Positions 7,905 through 17,213 of a stretch of DNA of 55,449 nt are shown here, in pieces. A program made the translations under genes and the position numbers. The notes below the pieces were generated by a model. It saw nothing but the letters and a program-made list of their open reading frames with translations. It was not told the origin of the DNA and ran no database searches. The stretch is from NCBI GenBank assembly GCA_903911225.1, contig CAIWCT010000453.1, positions 1 through 55,449 on the forward strand. The letters are read 5' to 3'. The stretch's first letter is position 1; every line of letters begins with the position of its first letter. Source of the stretch: an uncultured delta proteobacterium (GTDB taxonomy: Bacteria; Desulfobacterota; WTBG01; CAIYCZ01; CAIRTM01).

Positions 7905-10289
7905 ATGGCAGAATCCGTTATTGGAAAACGAATACCCAAAGTTGACTCCCGTGAGAAGGTAACCGGCCAGGCTATGTATGCCGGCGATTATCGCATGCCC
8001 GGCATGTATTACGGCAAAGTGGTCCGCTGCTGGGAATATGCTTCTGCAAAAGTCAAGAAACTTGATTTTACCGAAGCACTGAAGATGCCCGGTGTCGTAA
8101 AAATTCTCGGCCCCGATGATGTTACTAAAAAACCCTACAACACGACGGTTATGAAGCTGCTTGTGCCTGAAATTTTCGGCGAAGTATTCGGCGAAATTGC
8201 AGACCTTAACATCTTCAATAAAATCGTCAAGCATCAGGGCGATGCCATTTGTGGCGTTATCGCACGGACTGAAGAAGCAGCAGAGCGCGCAGCAGACAAG
8301 ATCAAGGTCACCTATGAACCCCTGCCCGTTCTCATGACCTGCGAGGAATCAAAGGCCGAAGGCGCCAAGAAGAACGGCTATCTGTTCACGCCGCTCAAGC
8401 CCGGCAACAAAGCTTTTGATCTGCCCGCATCGTTCTTCCCGAACCAGCGCTATGGCTGGAACGACAAAGACGGCAAAACGGCGATGGAGCTGTTTGATAA
8501 GTGCGATTATGTGATCGAAGATACGTATTATGTTCCCAAGCAGAAGCAGTGCCAGATGGAAAACCATTCCTATGTGGCCCATTATGATGAGCGCGGTCGT
8601 CTCAACATCTGGACTTCAACCCAGATGGCCAAGCCCGTGCAGGTGCTGATTGCAGAGCTGTTCGAGCTGCCCCTGACCCGTGTTCGCCTGGTGCAGACCA
8701 TTGTGGGCGGCGGTTTTGGCGTTCGTCTGGGCATGATCGGCGAGCCCCATTGCTGCGCCATGGCCATGGCAGTGCCCGGCCATCCTGTTCGCATGGAGTT
8801 TCTGCGCGAGGAAGACTGGGTTGCTTCCGAGACCCGTTATCCCGGCCATATCTGGTTTAAATGCGGCTTCAAGAAAGACGGCTCCCCTATCGCACTGGAT
8901 TCAATGTATATGGCCCGCAAAGGCGGCTATTATACCCATGGCTCCGGGCCGCCCTTCTGCTTTGCCGCTTTTATTCACGGTATGTATAAATGGCAGGCCA
9001 TGGGTTGCCAGACCGAAGGCTATTTCACCAATGAAGTTCCCACTGGCGCGTACCGCGGCTACGGCAACCCGCAGCTGGCCTTCTCCGGCGAGCAGATGAT
9101 TACGCGTATGTGCAAAGAGCTCGGCCTTGACGAGCTTGAGTGGCGCAAGAAGTGGCATAAGGGCATCGGCGACGAGACCTGGCTCAAAGGCGTGACCTTC
9201 GCCTCCGATGGTCTTAACGACTGCCTTGATGTTGCAGCCAAAGAGAGCGGCTGGTATGAAAAGAAAAAGAAGTATGCCAAGCAGACCGGCGTCAAACGCC
9301 GCGGTTTGGGCGTTTCCGTCATGCAGCATACCTCCGGCGCTTTCCCCATGCTGCTTGAGCATTCCGTCTGCACGGCAAAGCTGAATGAGGACTGCACGGT
9401 TGAACTGATGCAGCAGATTTCCGATCTCGGTACCGGCGGCCATACCGCTATAACGCAGATGGCGGCTGAAACCCTCGGGTTCCCGATGGAGGATATCCAT
9501 CTGCGGTCCGGCGACTCCGATATGTGCGGTTTCGACATCGGCGCTCATGCAAGCCGAACCGTTTACTGCGCAGGCCCGGCAACGATTGAAGCCTGCGAAA
9601 GCGTAAAGAAGCAGCTGCTTGAGCGTGCTGCCCAGCTTCTGGAAGCCAATGTGAAGGATCTTCAAATGAAAGACAAGATCATAAGCGTTAAAGGCAATCC
9701 CCAGAAGTCGATCAGCGCGATAAAGATCGCCAAAGAAGGCGTGTACAACTACATCGATGCGGCCACCGGAAAGACCATCGGTATTCCGGGCCAGATCCAG
9801 GGCTACTCGAGCTTCTTTGCTAAGCATTGCTCCCCGCCCTTCGGCGCCTGCATCTCCGAAGTCGAAGTGGACACCGAGACCGGCGAGATAAAAGTGCTGA
9901 AGCTCGTGAATGCTCATGATATCGGCAAAGCCATCCATCCGCCTTCGGTTGAAGGTCAGTTGGAAGGCGGCGCTCAGCAGGGTCTAGGTTTTGTGCTCAC
10001 TGAAGAGTACGCCTATGACAAAATGGGCCGCGTGCTGAACAATGATTTCACCGATTACAAGATGCTTGGCCCCTCGGATATGCCCGATGCCAAGATCATT
10101 CTGATTGAAAGCGCTCCGGATCCCATCGGTCCGATGGGTGCCAAGAGCTGTGGTGAATCAGCTCTCATGGGTCCGATTGGCTCGGTTGCCAATGCAATTT
10201 TCGATGCCATTGGTATCCAGTTTAAAGAAGCCCCCATCACGCCTGAAAAGGTGCTGAAGGCTATCAAGGAACAGGGCCTTCAGAAGTAA
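7905..10289 (+). CDS. Xanthine dehydrogenase family molybdopterin-binding (large) subunit, substrate unknown
   Basis: KVTGQAMY, VGGGFG, AYRGYGNPQ, DLGTG, HASRT, GQLEGGAQQGLG, GAKSCGE. Confidence 0.95.
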   Translation: MAESVIGKRIPKVDSREKVTGQAMYAGDYRMPGMYYGKVVRCWEYASAKVKKLDFTEALKMPGVVKILGPDDVTKKPYNTTVMKLLVPEIFGEVFGEIADLNIFNKIVKHQGDAICGVIARTEEAAERAADKIKVTYEPLPVLMTCEESKAEGAKKNGYLFTPLKPGNKAFDLPASFFPNQRYGWNDKDGKTAMELFDKCDYVIEDTYYVPKQKQCQMENHSYVAHYDERGRLNIWTSTQMAKPVQVLIAELFELPLTRVRLVQTIVGGGFGVRLGMIGEPHCCAMAMAVPGHPVRMEFLREEDWVASETRYPGHIWFKCGFKKDGSPIALDSMYMARKGGYYTHGSGPPFCFAAFIHGMYKWQAMGCQTEGYFTNEVPTGAYRGYGNPQLAFSGEQMITRMCKELGLDELEWRKKWHKGIGDETWLKGVTFASDGLNDCLDVAAKESGWYEKKKKYAKQTGVKRRGLGVSVMQHTSGAFPMLLEHSVCTAKLNEDCTVELMQQISDLGTGGHTAITQMAAETLGFPMEDIHLRSGDSDMCGFDIGAHASRTVYCAGPATIEACESVKKQLLERAAQLLEANVKDLQMKDKIISVKGNPQKSISAIKIAKEGVYNYIDAATGKTIGIPGQIQGYSSFFAKHCSPPFGACISEVEVDTETGEIKVLKLVNAHDIGKAIHPPSVEGQLEGGAQQGLGFVLTEEYAYDKMGRVLNNDFTDYKMLGPSDMPDAKIILIESAPDPIGPMGAKSCGESALMGPIGSVANAIFDAIGIQFKEAPITPEKVLKAIKEQGLQK

Positions 10290-10303
10290 GTAGTCTGTTT
10301 CGC

Positions 10304-10340
10304 AGAGAGCGCCCCGGCAACGGGGCGCTCTCTTTTTTTT
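10304..10340 (+). terminator. Rho-independent terminator
   Basis: AGAGAGCGCCCCG-GCAA-CGGGGCGCTCTCT followed by a T run. Confidence 0.92.
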
Positions 10341-10445
10341 GCAACTATAACTGTCTTACATCTACAGACAAATCCCCCCGATTTCTTACCAGCTTCTTTC
10401 AATCCCAGTAATCCCAACAGACCCTGCTGTTTTTTGTAAATAGAA

Positions 10446-10493
10446 TTGACATGAGGTGGATAGTGCCGTATAGTTTATAGCATATGCTATAAA
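10446..10493 (+). promoter_or_regulatory. Sigma70 promoter with a perfect 20-bp palindromic operator
   Basis: TTGACA-N17-TATAGT; TTTATAGCATATGCTATAAA at 10474-10493 covers the start site. Confidence 0.75.
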
Positions 10494-10555
10494 TAAAGTC
10501 CCCGGAATGTGTTTCTGGATTATTTTTAAAAACAACCAAATAAAAGGATAAGGTA

Positions 10556-10918
10556 ATGAATTGTATTCCCGTTAAAACCGGTGAAGGAAAAAACGCACAG
10601 GTCTATGCCCATTTCGGCAGTACACCCTATTTTACGATTTATGATACGGATGCGCAGTTCATCGCAGTCATTGATAACGCCAACAGCCATCATGAGCACG
10701 GCGCGTGCAATCCCATTGCCGCGCTGCAGGGCAAAACGATCGATATTGTGGTCACCGGCGGCATGGGCTCACGGGCAGTCATGATGTTCGACACAACGGG
10801 CATCAAAGTGTTCAAGTCCGTATCCGGGTCGGTTGAAAATATCATCAAAACCTTCGGCGCGCAGGACATTGAAGAGCTGACTGCGCAGAATGCCTGTGCC
10901 TCGCATGGTTGCAATTAA
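10556..10918 (+). CDS. NifB/NifX family (MTH1175-like) protein
   Basis: HFGSTPYF, HHEHGAC, GGMGSRA, C-terminal CASHGC. Confidence 0.88.
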   Translation: MNCIPVKTGEGKNAQVYAHFGSTPYFTIYDTDAQFIAVIDNANSHHEHGACNPIAALQGKTIDIVVTGGMGSRAVMMFDTTGIKVFKSVSGSVENIIKTFGAQDIEELTAQNACASHGCN

Positions 10919-12260
10919 AAAAATTCCGCGAAAAAACCCGCAACTTGAGACTATTCTGGACAGCATAGCCGATGGGGTATTCACTATCAATCTTGACCGG
11001 GAAATAACCTCCTTCAACCGATCTGCTGAGCGTATTACAGGCGTCAAATGCGAGCAGGCCCTCGGACAGAAATGTTTCGACGTTTTTCACGCTAATATCT
11101 GCCAAGGCCGCTGCGCCATGGAAAAAACCCTCAAAACCGGCAAATCAATCATTGATCTGCCGGTTTCAATTTTGAACATCAGGGGGAAAACCGTTCCCAT
11201 AAGCGTGAGTACAGCCGTGCTGAAAAACGACAAGGGCGAAACCGTTGGTGGAGTGGAAACGTTTCGCGACCTGTCGGACATCGAGGATATGCGCAGGGAG
11301 CTGGGCCGCCAATACTGCTTCGACGATATCATCAGCAAGAACCATGAAATAGTGAAACTGTTCGGGGTGTTGCCTGACATCGCTCAAAGCGCAAGTACCG
11401 TGCTCATACAGGGGGCCAGTGGTACGGGCAAAGAGCTGTTTGCCCGGGCCATCCACAACTGCAGTGCCCGGGCAAAAGGTCCGTATGTGGCGATTAACTG
11501 TGGGGCGCTGCCAGCGGCGCTGCTTGAATCGGAATTGTTCGGCTACTGCAGAGGCGCCTTCACCGATGCAAAGGCGGACAAGCCGGGCAGGTTTGCCCGC
11601 GCCCGGGGCGGCACCCTGTTTCTGGATGAAATCGGGGATTTGCCGCTGTCCATGCAGGTAAAGCTGCTACGCGTGCTGCAGGAGGGTGAATACGAGCCCC
11701 TGGGAGCCACAAAACCACTGAAATCCGATGCGCGCATCATCGCCGCCACCAACCGGGATCTTGCCACTCTTATGGCCGAAGGAAAATTTCGGGAAGATCT
11801 GTATTACCGCATCAATGTCATAAAACTTTGCCTGCCATCCCTGGCAGAGCGGCGGGAAGACATACCTTTGCTGGTGGAGCATTTTATCAACCGGTTCAAT
11901 GTGCGCACCGGGAAACGTATTGCAGGAGTTTCAGGGGAGGTTTTGCGGCTTCTTATGCGGTATGAGTTCCCCGGCAATATCAGAGAGCTAGAAAATATCA
12001 TCGAGCATGCCTTTGTGCTTTGCCGCGCAACTCTCATCACTATTGAACACCTCCCTGCTGACATGCAGGATAAAAGTGCTTCTCATGCGGATGTACCCAG
12101 CTCTGAAGACGCATCCTGTTTTAAAAAGGCCGAGGCACGGGTGATTCTTGATACTCTCAAGAAATATGGCAATCACCGGGGGAATACGGCCCGCGAACTG
12201 GGTATCGACAAAGCGACGCTCTGGCGCAAGATGAAGCGGTTGGGCATTAAAAATCTCTAG
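10905..12260 (+). CDS. OrpR-like sigma54 activator (Cys-PAS, AAA+, Fis HTH)
   Basis: PAS with C-x8-C-x3-C (CFDVFHANICQGRC), GASGTGKE, GAFTDA, LFLDEIGD, TLWRKMK. Confidence 0.9.
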   Translation: MVAIKKIPRKNPQLETILDSIADGVFTINLDREITSFNRSAERITGVKCEQALGQKCFDVFHANICQGRCAMEKTLKTGKSIIDLPVSILNIRGKTVPISVSTAVLKNDKGETVGGVETFRDLSDIEDMRRELGRQYCFDDIISKNHEIVKLFGVLPDIAQSASTVLIQGASGTGKELFARAIHNCSARAKGPYVAINCGALPAALLESELFGYCRGAFTDAKADKPGRFARARGGTLFLDEIGDLPLSMQVKLLRVLQEGEYEPLGATKPLKSDARIIAATNRDLATLMAEGKFREDLYYRINVIKLCLPSLAERREDIPLLVEHFINRFNVRTGKRIAGVSGEVLRLLMRYEFPGNIRELENIIEHAFVLCRATLITIEHLPADMQDKSASHADVPSSEDASCFKKAEARVILDTLKKYGNHRGNTARELGIDKATLWRKMKRLGIKNL

Positions 12261-12305
12261 TTGCATTATTGCAATATATTGCACAAAAATAATGCAACTA
12301 TGCAA
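12261..12305. promoter_or_regulatory. Tandem upstream activator sites
   Basis: TTGCA-TTAT-TGCAA and ATGCA-ACTA-TGCAA, 31 bp apart, ~80-120 bp upstream of a sigma54 promoter. Confidence 0.6.
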
Positions 12306-12380
12306 TGACTTCTATTGTAACCTTTGTAAAGCATTTTTCCAACCTTCTGCAAATCCATAGCATTTTTTCAGATAACATAC

Positions 12381-12396
12381 TGGCACACCGCTTGCA
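12381..12396 (+). promoter_or_regulatory. Sigma54 -24/-12 promoter
   Basis: TGGCAC-ACCGC-TTGCA. Confidence 0.88.
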
Positions 12397-12408
12397 AATA
12401 CAAATAGC

Positions 12409-12798
12409 ATGAAAAGAAAAATCGCCATTCCCCTGTTCGGCACACGCATTTCGCCGCATTTCACCTATGCCGACATGGCGCTACTGGTTGACATTGAAAA
12501 CGGCGAAGTAGCGCAGTCGCGGGAAATAGCACTGGGGCAGGCAGACGAGCTGCAGCGCATACAGTATCTTAAGTCCCTTGAGATCAACACGCTCATCTGC
12601 GGTGGCATATCAAATATTGCCGAGCGCATGCTTGCCGAACAAGCAATAGATGTCATCTCCTGGGTGACGGGAGAGGCCCGTGACGCGCTGGAGCTGTTTA
12701 TATGCAAACGGCTGACGTCGGGCGCCTGGCTGTGCCCCAAGCGGCATCGTTGCCGCAGCGGCCAGTCCAGAAACAAAAAACCAGTCACGTTTTCGTGA
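12409..12798 (+). CDS. NifB/NifX family protein
   Basis: KIAIPLFGTRISPHF, LICGGIS. Confidence 0.82.
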   Translation: MKRKIAIPLFGTRISPHFTYADMALLVDIENGEVAQSREIALGQADELQRIQYLKSLEINTLICGGISNIAERMLAEQAIDVISWVTGEARDALELFICKRLTSGAWLCPKRHRCRSGQSRNKKPVTFS

Positions 12799-12811
12799 AA
12801 GGAGACATGCT

Positions 12812-13099
12812 ATGCCGGGAAGAGATGGAAAAGGACCACAGGGCGCAGGCCCTGGAACAGGCGGACGCAGGGGGCCCTGCGTCGCAAGCGGGCCACTAGC
12901 GGGCAGGGCAGATGACTTGCGCGGCGCAGGCCGAGGCTTTGCGCCCCGGGGCGGCGGCAGAGGCCGTGCATTCGGTGGCGGCGGTGGGCCGACGCAGGAG
13001 GAAACGGTACAGGCGCTAAAAAACAGAACTGCCGCTCTTGAGCGTGAACTTGCAGATGTACGCAGTCGCATCGAGACATGCACCGCGAAGAACGGTTGA
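12812..13099 (+). CDS. DUF5320-like Gly/Arg-rich protein with C-terminal coiled coil
   Basis: MPGRDGKGPQGAGPGTGGRRGPC; RBS AAAGGAG. Confidence 0.8.
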   Translation: MPGRDGKGPQGAGPGTGGRRGPCVASGPLAGRADDLRGAGRGFAPRGGGRGRAFGGGGGPTQEETVQALKNRTAALERELADVRSRIETCTAKNG

Positions 13100-13265
13100 C
13101 GGTGTTTCCAACCGGGGAGCCTGCATTTCAGCATACGGCAGGTGTTGCAATGAGAGAGAAGACGCCATCCCCCTCCCTTCTTGACAGAGAAGCTCTCAGT
13201 GCAGCGCTAGTGTATATGTTAAGCGTCGGCTCCCCGGCCCCCCTCTTTTTTTTAGGAGGTTCACC

Positions 13266-13706
13266 ATGGCGGGAAAAACTCAAACGAATTTTATTATCGA
13301 CGCCTTGATGCTGGTGGCCGGGTCGCTGCTTGCCGGAATAGGCTTCCTGATGAAGTTTGTACTCATACCGGGCAAGGATCGGTTTGCAGTATATGGCAAA
13401 AATGTCGATTTGTTTTTTCTTGGCCTTGAACGGCACGAATGGGGCACACTCCATCTGTGGCTGGCCTTTGCGCTGATAGCCTTGTTGACGGTGCATATAG
13501 CGCTGCACCTGAGCTGGATCGTCGCAATGGCCCGCACCATGATTGCGGGTCGGACGGCGCAGAAAATTCTGGCGGTCGTTTTTCTGGCGCTCTGCATTTT
13601 GTTCGCGCTGTTTGCGTTTGCAGTACAGCCTGAAGTGCGTGAGGGCGGAGGCGGTGAAGGCCGGGGCTTGGGCAAGGGCCGCATGGAACACCGGCTCCGA
13701 AATTGA
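13266..13706 (+). CDS. DUF4405-like membrane protein (cytochrome b-like His residues)
   Basis: Three TM helices, LGLERHEWGTLHLW, VHIALHLSWI. Confidence 0.75.
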   Translation: MAGKTQTNFIIDALMLVAGSLLAGIGFLMKFVLIPGKDRFAVYGKNVDLFFLGLERHEWGTLHLWLAFALIALLTVHIALHLSWIVAMARTMIAGRTAQKILAVVFLALCILFALFAFAVQPEVREGGGGEGRGLGKGRMEHRLRN

Positions 13707-13725
13707 ACAAAAGACGGGATTGCTG

Positions 13726-14763
13726 ATGTTTGATACCGACAGATGTACGGAATGCGGCGCATGCCTTACGCAGTGTCCGAGTGTGCAGTATTCTACGGAA
13801 AAAGCAATAGCGGAAATCAGGGAGCTGAAGCAGTTCGGCCAAGCAGATATCCTGTCGGCCTGCATTACCTGCATGGCCTGCAATGAAAGCTGCCCCACCG
13901 GTGCGCGCCCCTTTGACCGCATCAGCATGCTGCAGGAGCAACATGGCATACGGCTGGTATCCGGCAGTCGGGCCGACATGATTGAAACACAGCTTAACAG
14001 TGTGCCCAAGCATATCGTCGTTGGCGGCGACAGTCGGCTGCCTGCTCTGTCGCTGTGCGTGATGGAGCAAGCACTGCCGCAGAATATGGCCGTCAGCGCG
14101 CTTTTCAAGGGGCTTACCATTGTGAGTGGCAGCCCGTATTATTCCCGCGTTGTACATCTGCATACGGGCATGCCGTCGCTGACACGGGAACATGCCGCGC
14201 GCTTTATCGAAAATCTTGCCGACCTTGGCAGAAAGGAAATCGTTTTTGCCCATGACGACTGCTATGTCATGGCCGCGGTGCTTGCCCCTGGATATGGCAT
14301 TGATGTGCCGTTCATGGCAGTGCATCTTGCCGACTGGCTATGCCGTGCGCTTGCTGAAAAAGGGACTGAGGTAAAGTTGCTCGGAAAAAGAATCGCTTTC
14401 CAGCGACCGTGCATCACGCGGCTTGCTCCCTGGACCGACCGCTGTGTCGATACGGTTTTCAGGCTGACCGGTGTTGAGCGGGCGGCACGGACCTATGACG
14501 GCATGAATGCTTTGTGCTGCGGCATCGGTCTCATGGAGAAATATCCCGAACGAAGCCGGGAGCTGGTTCAAAAAAATATCGCAGATGCGCTGAAGCACGG
14601 CGCCGAAGCGATGGTGTTTGGCTGTCCGAGCTGCTACGCTTTCATGAGTGGCCCGTGCATGGAGGCAGGACTTGCGCCGATTTTTATTTCCGACCTTGCC
14701 CGAATGGCCCTGGGCGAGATCCCGTTTGAGCCGCGACCGCATATCAGGAGAGATATTGCATGA
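13726..14763 (+). CDS. Fe-S oxidoreductase, HdrD/GlpC-like (ferredoxin plus CCG domain)
   Basis: CTECGACLTQC, CITCMACNESCP, LCCG, GCPSC; start set to ATG 13726. Confidence 0.82.
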   Translation: MFDTDRCTECGACLTQCPSVQYSTEKAIAEIRELKQFGQADILSACITCMACNESCPTGARPFDRISMLQEQHGIRLVSGSRADMIETQLNSVPKHIVVGGDSRLPALSLCVMEQALPQNMAVSALFKGLTIVSGSPYYSRVVHLHTGMPSLTREHAARFIENLADLGRKEIVFAHDDCYVMAAVLAPGYGIDVPFMAVHLADWLCRALAEKGTEVKLLGKRIAFQRPCITRLAPWTDRCVDTVFRLTGVERAARTYDGMNALCCGIGLMEKYPERSRELVQKNIADALKHGAEAMVFGCPSCYAFMSGPCMEAGLAPIFISDLARMALGEIPFEPRPHIRRDIA

Positions 14764-15371
14764 AAAAATACTTCATCCTGCTTCTGGTTTCTATGCCGCT
14801 TTACATTTTTGCTTACCAACCTTTTTCAGCCGGGGCACAAGTACCTGCTGCTGGAGCGACGTGGCGGCCCCTGGTAATTTATTATTCCCTTACGGGCAAC
14901 AACAGAATCGTTGCGGCGGAGCTTGGAAACGCTTTTGGCTGCGAGCGGTTGGAAATCACGTCGATGCGGGAGCGCACGGGGTTCTGGAAAGTCAACTGTG
15001 TTATCGATCAGCTGTTTGACCGCGATGACCTGCCGGGGCCGGTAAAATTTGATTCCGTGCAGTATAATCCGATTATCATCGCCTGCCCCATCTGGATACA
15101 CAGGCTGGCCTCGCCCATGCGTACATTTCTGGACCACAAGCGACTGGCGGGCAAGGATGTCTATGCCGTGGTCACGCACCAGGGCAATTATGGAGAAAAA
15201 GATGAGCAGGTTGTCAAAAGTTTTCTGGCAGCGCAGGATATGCATCTTAAAGGATATGGCGCGGTGCTCACGCGGGGCGCAACGGAGTCGGAAATAATCA
15301 ATGAAACAAAGAGCATCATTAAAAGAAATTTTTCTGAAATGGAAAAATCTATTTCAAACAACACAAGATAG
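14760..15371 (+). CDS. Flavodoxin family protein with N-terminal signal/anchor
   Basis: VIYYSLTGNN, CPIW; hydrophobic N-terminus. Confidence 0.75.
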   Translation: MKKYFILLLVSMPLYIFAYQPFSAGAQVPAAGATWRPLVIYYSLTGNNRIVAAELGNAFGCERLEITSMRERTGFWKVNCVIDQLFDRDDLPGPVKFDSVQYNPIIIACPIWIHRLASPMRTFLDHKRLAGKDVYAVVTHQGNYGEKDEQVVKSFLAAQDMHLKGYGAVLTRGATESEIINETKSIIKRNFSEMEKSISNNTR

Positions 15372-15372
15372 A

Positions 15373-16269
15373 ATGGAGAACAAAAAAGTGAGTGTGGATT
15401 GTACAAGTGACACGGGATGTAAGACCTGCGATACGGTAGCCACCTGTTCGCAGGATGAAAAAGAACGCCGCGCGCAGCGATTTATTGACACTGCCATGGG
15501 AGCTATCGGTAAAAAGTTCATGGTTTTAAGCGGCAAGGGCGGAGTCGGGAAAAGTTCGGTTGCGGTGAACCTGGCCGCAATTCTTGCTCTGCGGGGCAAA
15601 AAAGTGGGGATTCTTGATGCCGACATCCACGGGCCCAATATTCCCAAGATGCTGGGCATCGATGCTGAGCGGCCCGAGGCAGCGCCGGGATCGGCCGGCG
15701 ACCTCCTGCCTATTGCTGCTGCGGATAATCTTAGCGTTATGTCCATAGGATTTTTTCTGCAAAACGAGGATCAGGCCGTCATTTGGCGCGGCCCCATGAA
15801 GCATGGCGTGATGAAACAGTTTCTGGGCGAGGTCCAGTGGGGAAAGCTTGACTATCTCATTATTGATTTGCCTCCGGGAACAGGGGATGAGGCCCTGAGC
15901 ATCTGTCACCTGATGGGCAAGGTCGACGGCGCAGTAATCGTCACCACGCCGCAGGATGTAGCTCTGCTTGATTCAAAAAAGAGCATCTCGTTCTGCAAGG
16001 AGCTTCAAATCCCTGTCATCGGTGTCGTGGAGAACATGAGCGGCATGCTGTGCCCGCACTGCGGCAAAACGATAGATCTGTTTAAGACCGGCGGCGGCGA
16101 GAAGATCGCCAAAAAGATGAAGGTGCCTTTTTTGGGGCGCGTGCCGCTTGACCCGGCCATGGTGATGTGCGGCGATGAGGGAAAAGCCTTTGTCACAAAG
16201 CACCCTGAGTCCCCGGCGACGGCAGCTTTTGTAGTCATTGCCGATGCATGGGAAAAGCTGCTTGGGTAA
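15373..16269 (+). CDS. mrp: Mrp/NBP35 (ApbC) Fe-S cluster carrier ATPase
   Basis: SGKGGVGKS, DADIHGP, WRGP, DLPPGTGD, ENMS..CPHC. Confidence 0.93.
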   Translation: MENKKVSVDCTSDTGCKTCDTVATCSQDEKERRAQRFIDTAMGAIGKKFMVLSGKGGVGKSSVAVNLAAILALRGKKVGILDADIHGPNIPKMLGIDAERPEAAPGSAGDLLPIAAADNLSVMSIGFFLQNEDQAVIWRGPMKHGVMKQFLGEVQWGKLDYLIIDLPPGTGDEALSICHLMGKVDGAVIVTTPQDVALLDSKKSISFCKELQIPVIGVVENMSGMLCPHCGKTIDLFKTGGGEKIAKKMKVPFLGRVPLDPAMVMCGDEGKAFVTKHPESPATAAFVVIADAWEKLLG

Positions 16270-16339
16270 GATGACTTTTGAAAATTATTACTACTAATAG
16301 AAAACTAATAGGTTAGGTTGAGAGAAGGACTATAAAAGC

Positions 16340-17146
16340 ATGGCTGAAACAATTGTAGTCATACGTGGCGCCGGCGACCTGGCAACAGGAGTTGCCCACC
16401 GCCTGCACCGCAGCGGTTTTAAAGTGCTGCTATTGGAAGTTGCCCATCCGCTGGTTGTGCGGCGGACCGTGTCTTTTGCCCAGGCGGTTATTGATGGCGA
16501 AACCACGGTTGAAGCTGTGCGGGCACGGAAAGTGGCCGGCATCGATGAGATCAAAACAGCATGGCAGCAGGCCGTCATCCCGGTGCTGGTTGATCCGGGA
16601 GCAACTATTTTAAAAGAGCTCAAGGCAGATGTTGTTGTTGATGCCACGCTTGCCAAGCGCGACACGGGCATGCGGCAGGACATGGCGCCGCTCACCATTG
16701 CCCTCGGGCCCGGCTTTGAAGCGGGCAAACAGGTCCATATCGTCATTGAAACAAACCGGGGGCATGATATGGGGCGGTTGATTTTCAAGGGCGCTGCAGA
16801 GCCAGACACCGGCACGCCCGGCCTTGTCAAGGGATATGCAGCCGAGCGGGTGCTACGCTCGCCCTGCGCAGGCGCGGTTAAACATGTGGTGGATATCGGC
16901 GCCCGGGTCAAAAAGGACGACATTCTCTGCTCTGTTGAAGACAAGCCGGTGCTGGCTCAGTTTGATGGCGTGGTGCGCGGGCTTATCATGAACGGCCGTG
17001 AGGTGCCGCAGGGCTTGAAGATCGGCGATATCGACCCCCGCATTGACACCAACTGCCGTACTATTTCGGACAAGGCCCGCGCCCTGGGCGGTTCAGTGCT
17101 TGAGGCCATTCTTATGTGGAAAAGCGGCGCAATGGGCGTTTGCTAA
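16340..17146 (+). CDS. yqeB: Selenium-dependent molybdenum cofactor biosynthesis protein YqeB, copy 1
   Basis: IRGAGDLATG, VRRTVSF, ALGPGF, ETNRGH, KIGDIDPR, ISDKARALGGSVLEA. Confidence 0.9.
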   Translation: MAETIVVIRGAGDLATGVAHRLHRSGFKVLLLEVAHPLVVRRTVSFAQAVIDGETTVEAVRARKVAGIDEIKTAWQQAVIPVLVDPGATILKELKADVVVDATLAKRDTGMRQDMAPLTIALGPGFEAGKQVHIVIETNRGHDMGRLIFKGAAEPDTGTPGLVKGYAAERVLRSPCAGAVKHVVDIGARVKKDDILCSVEDKPVLAQFDGVVRGLIMNGREVPQGLKIGDIDPRIDTNCRTISDKARALGGSVLEAILMWKSGAMGVC

Positions 17147-17213
17147 AAATAAATATTCCAATTATCCCTGTTACTAAACAATACATTGATTGAGAAAGAA
17201 GGAGAACCAGAAC

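Noticed and set aside
6422-10289. Form I aerobic CO dehydrogenase (M-S-L gene order with coxDE)
   Set aside because: Lacks the Cu-binding AYRCSFR loop; has AYRGYG
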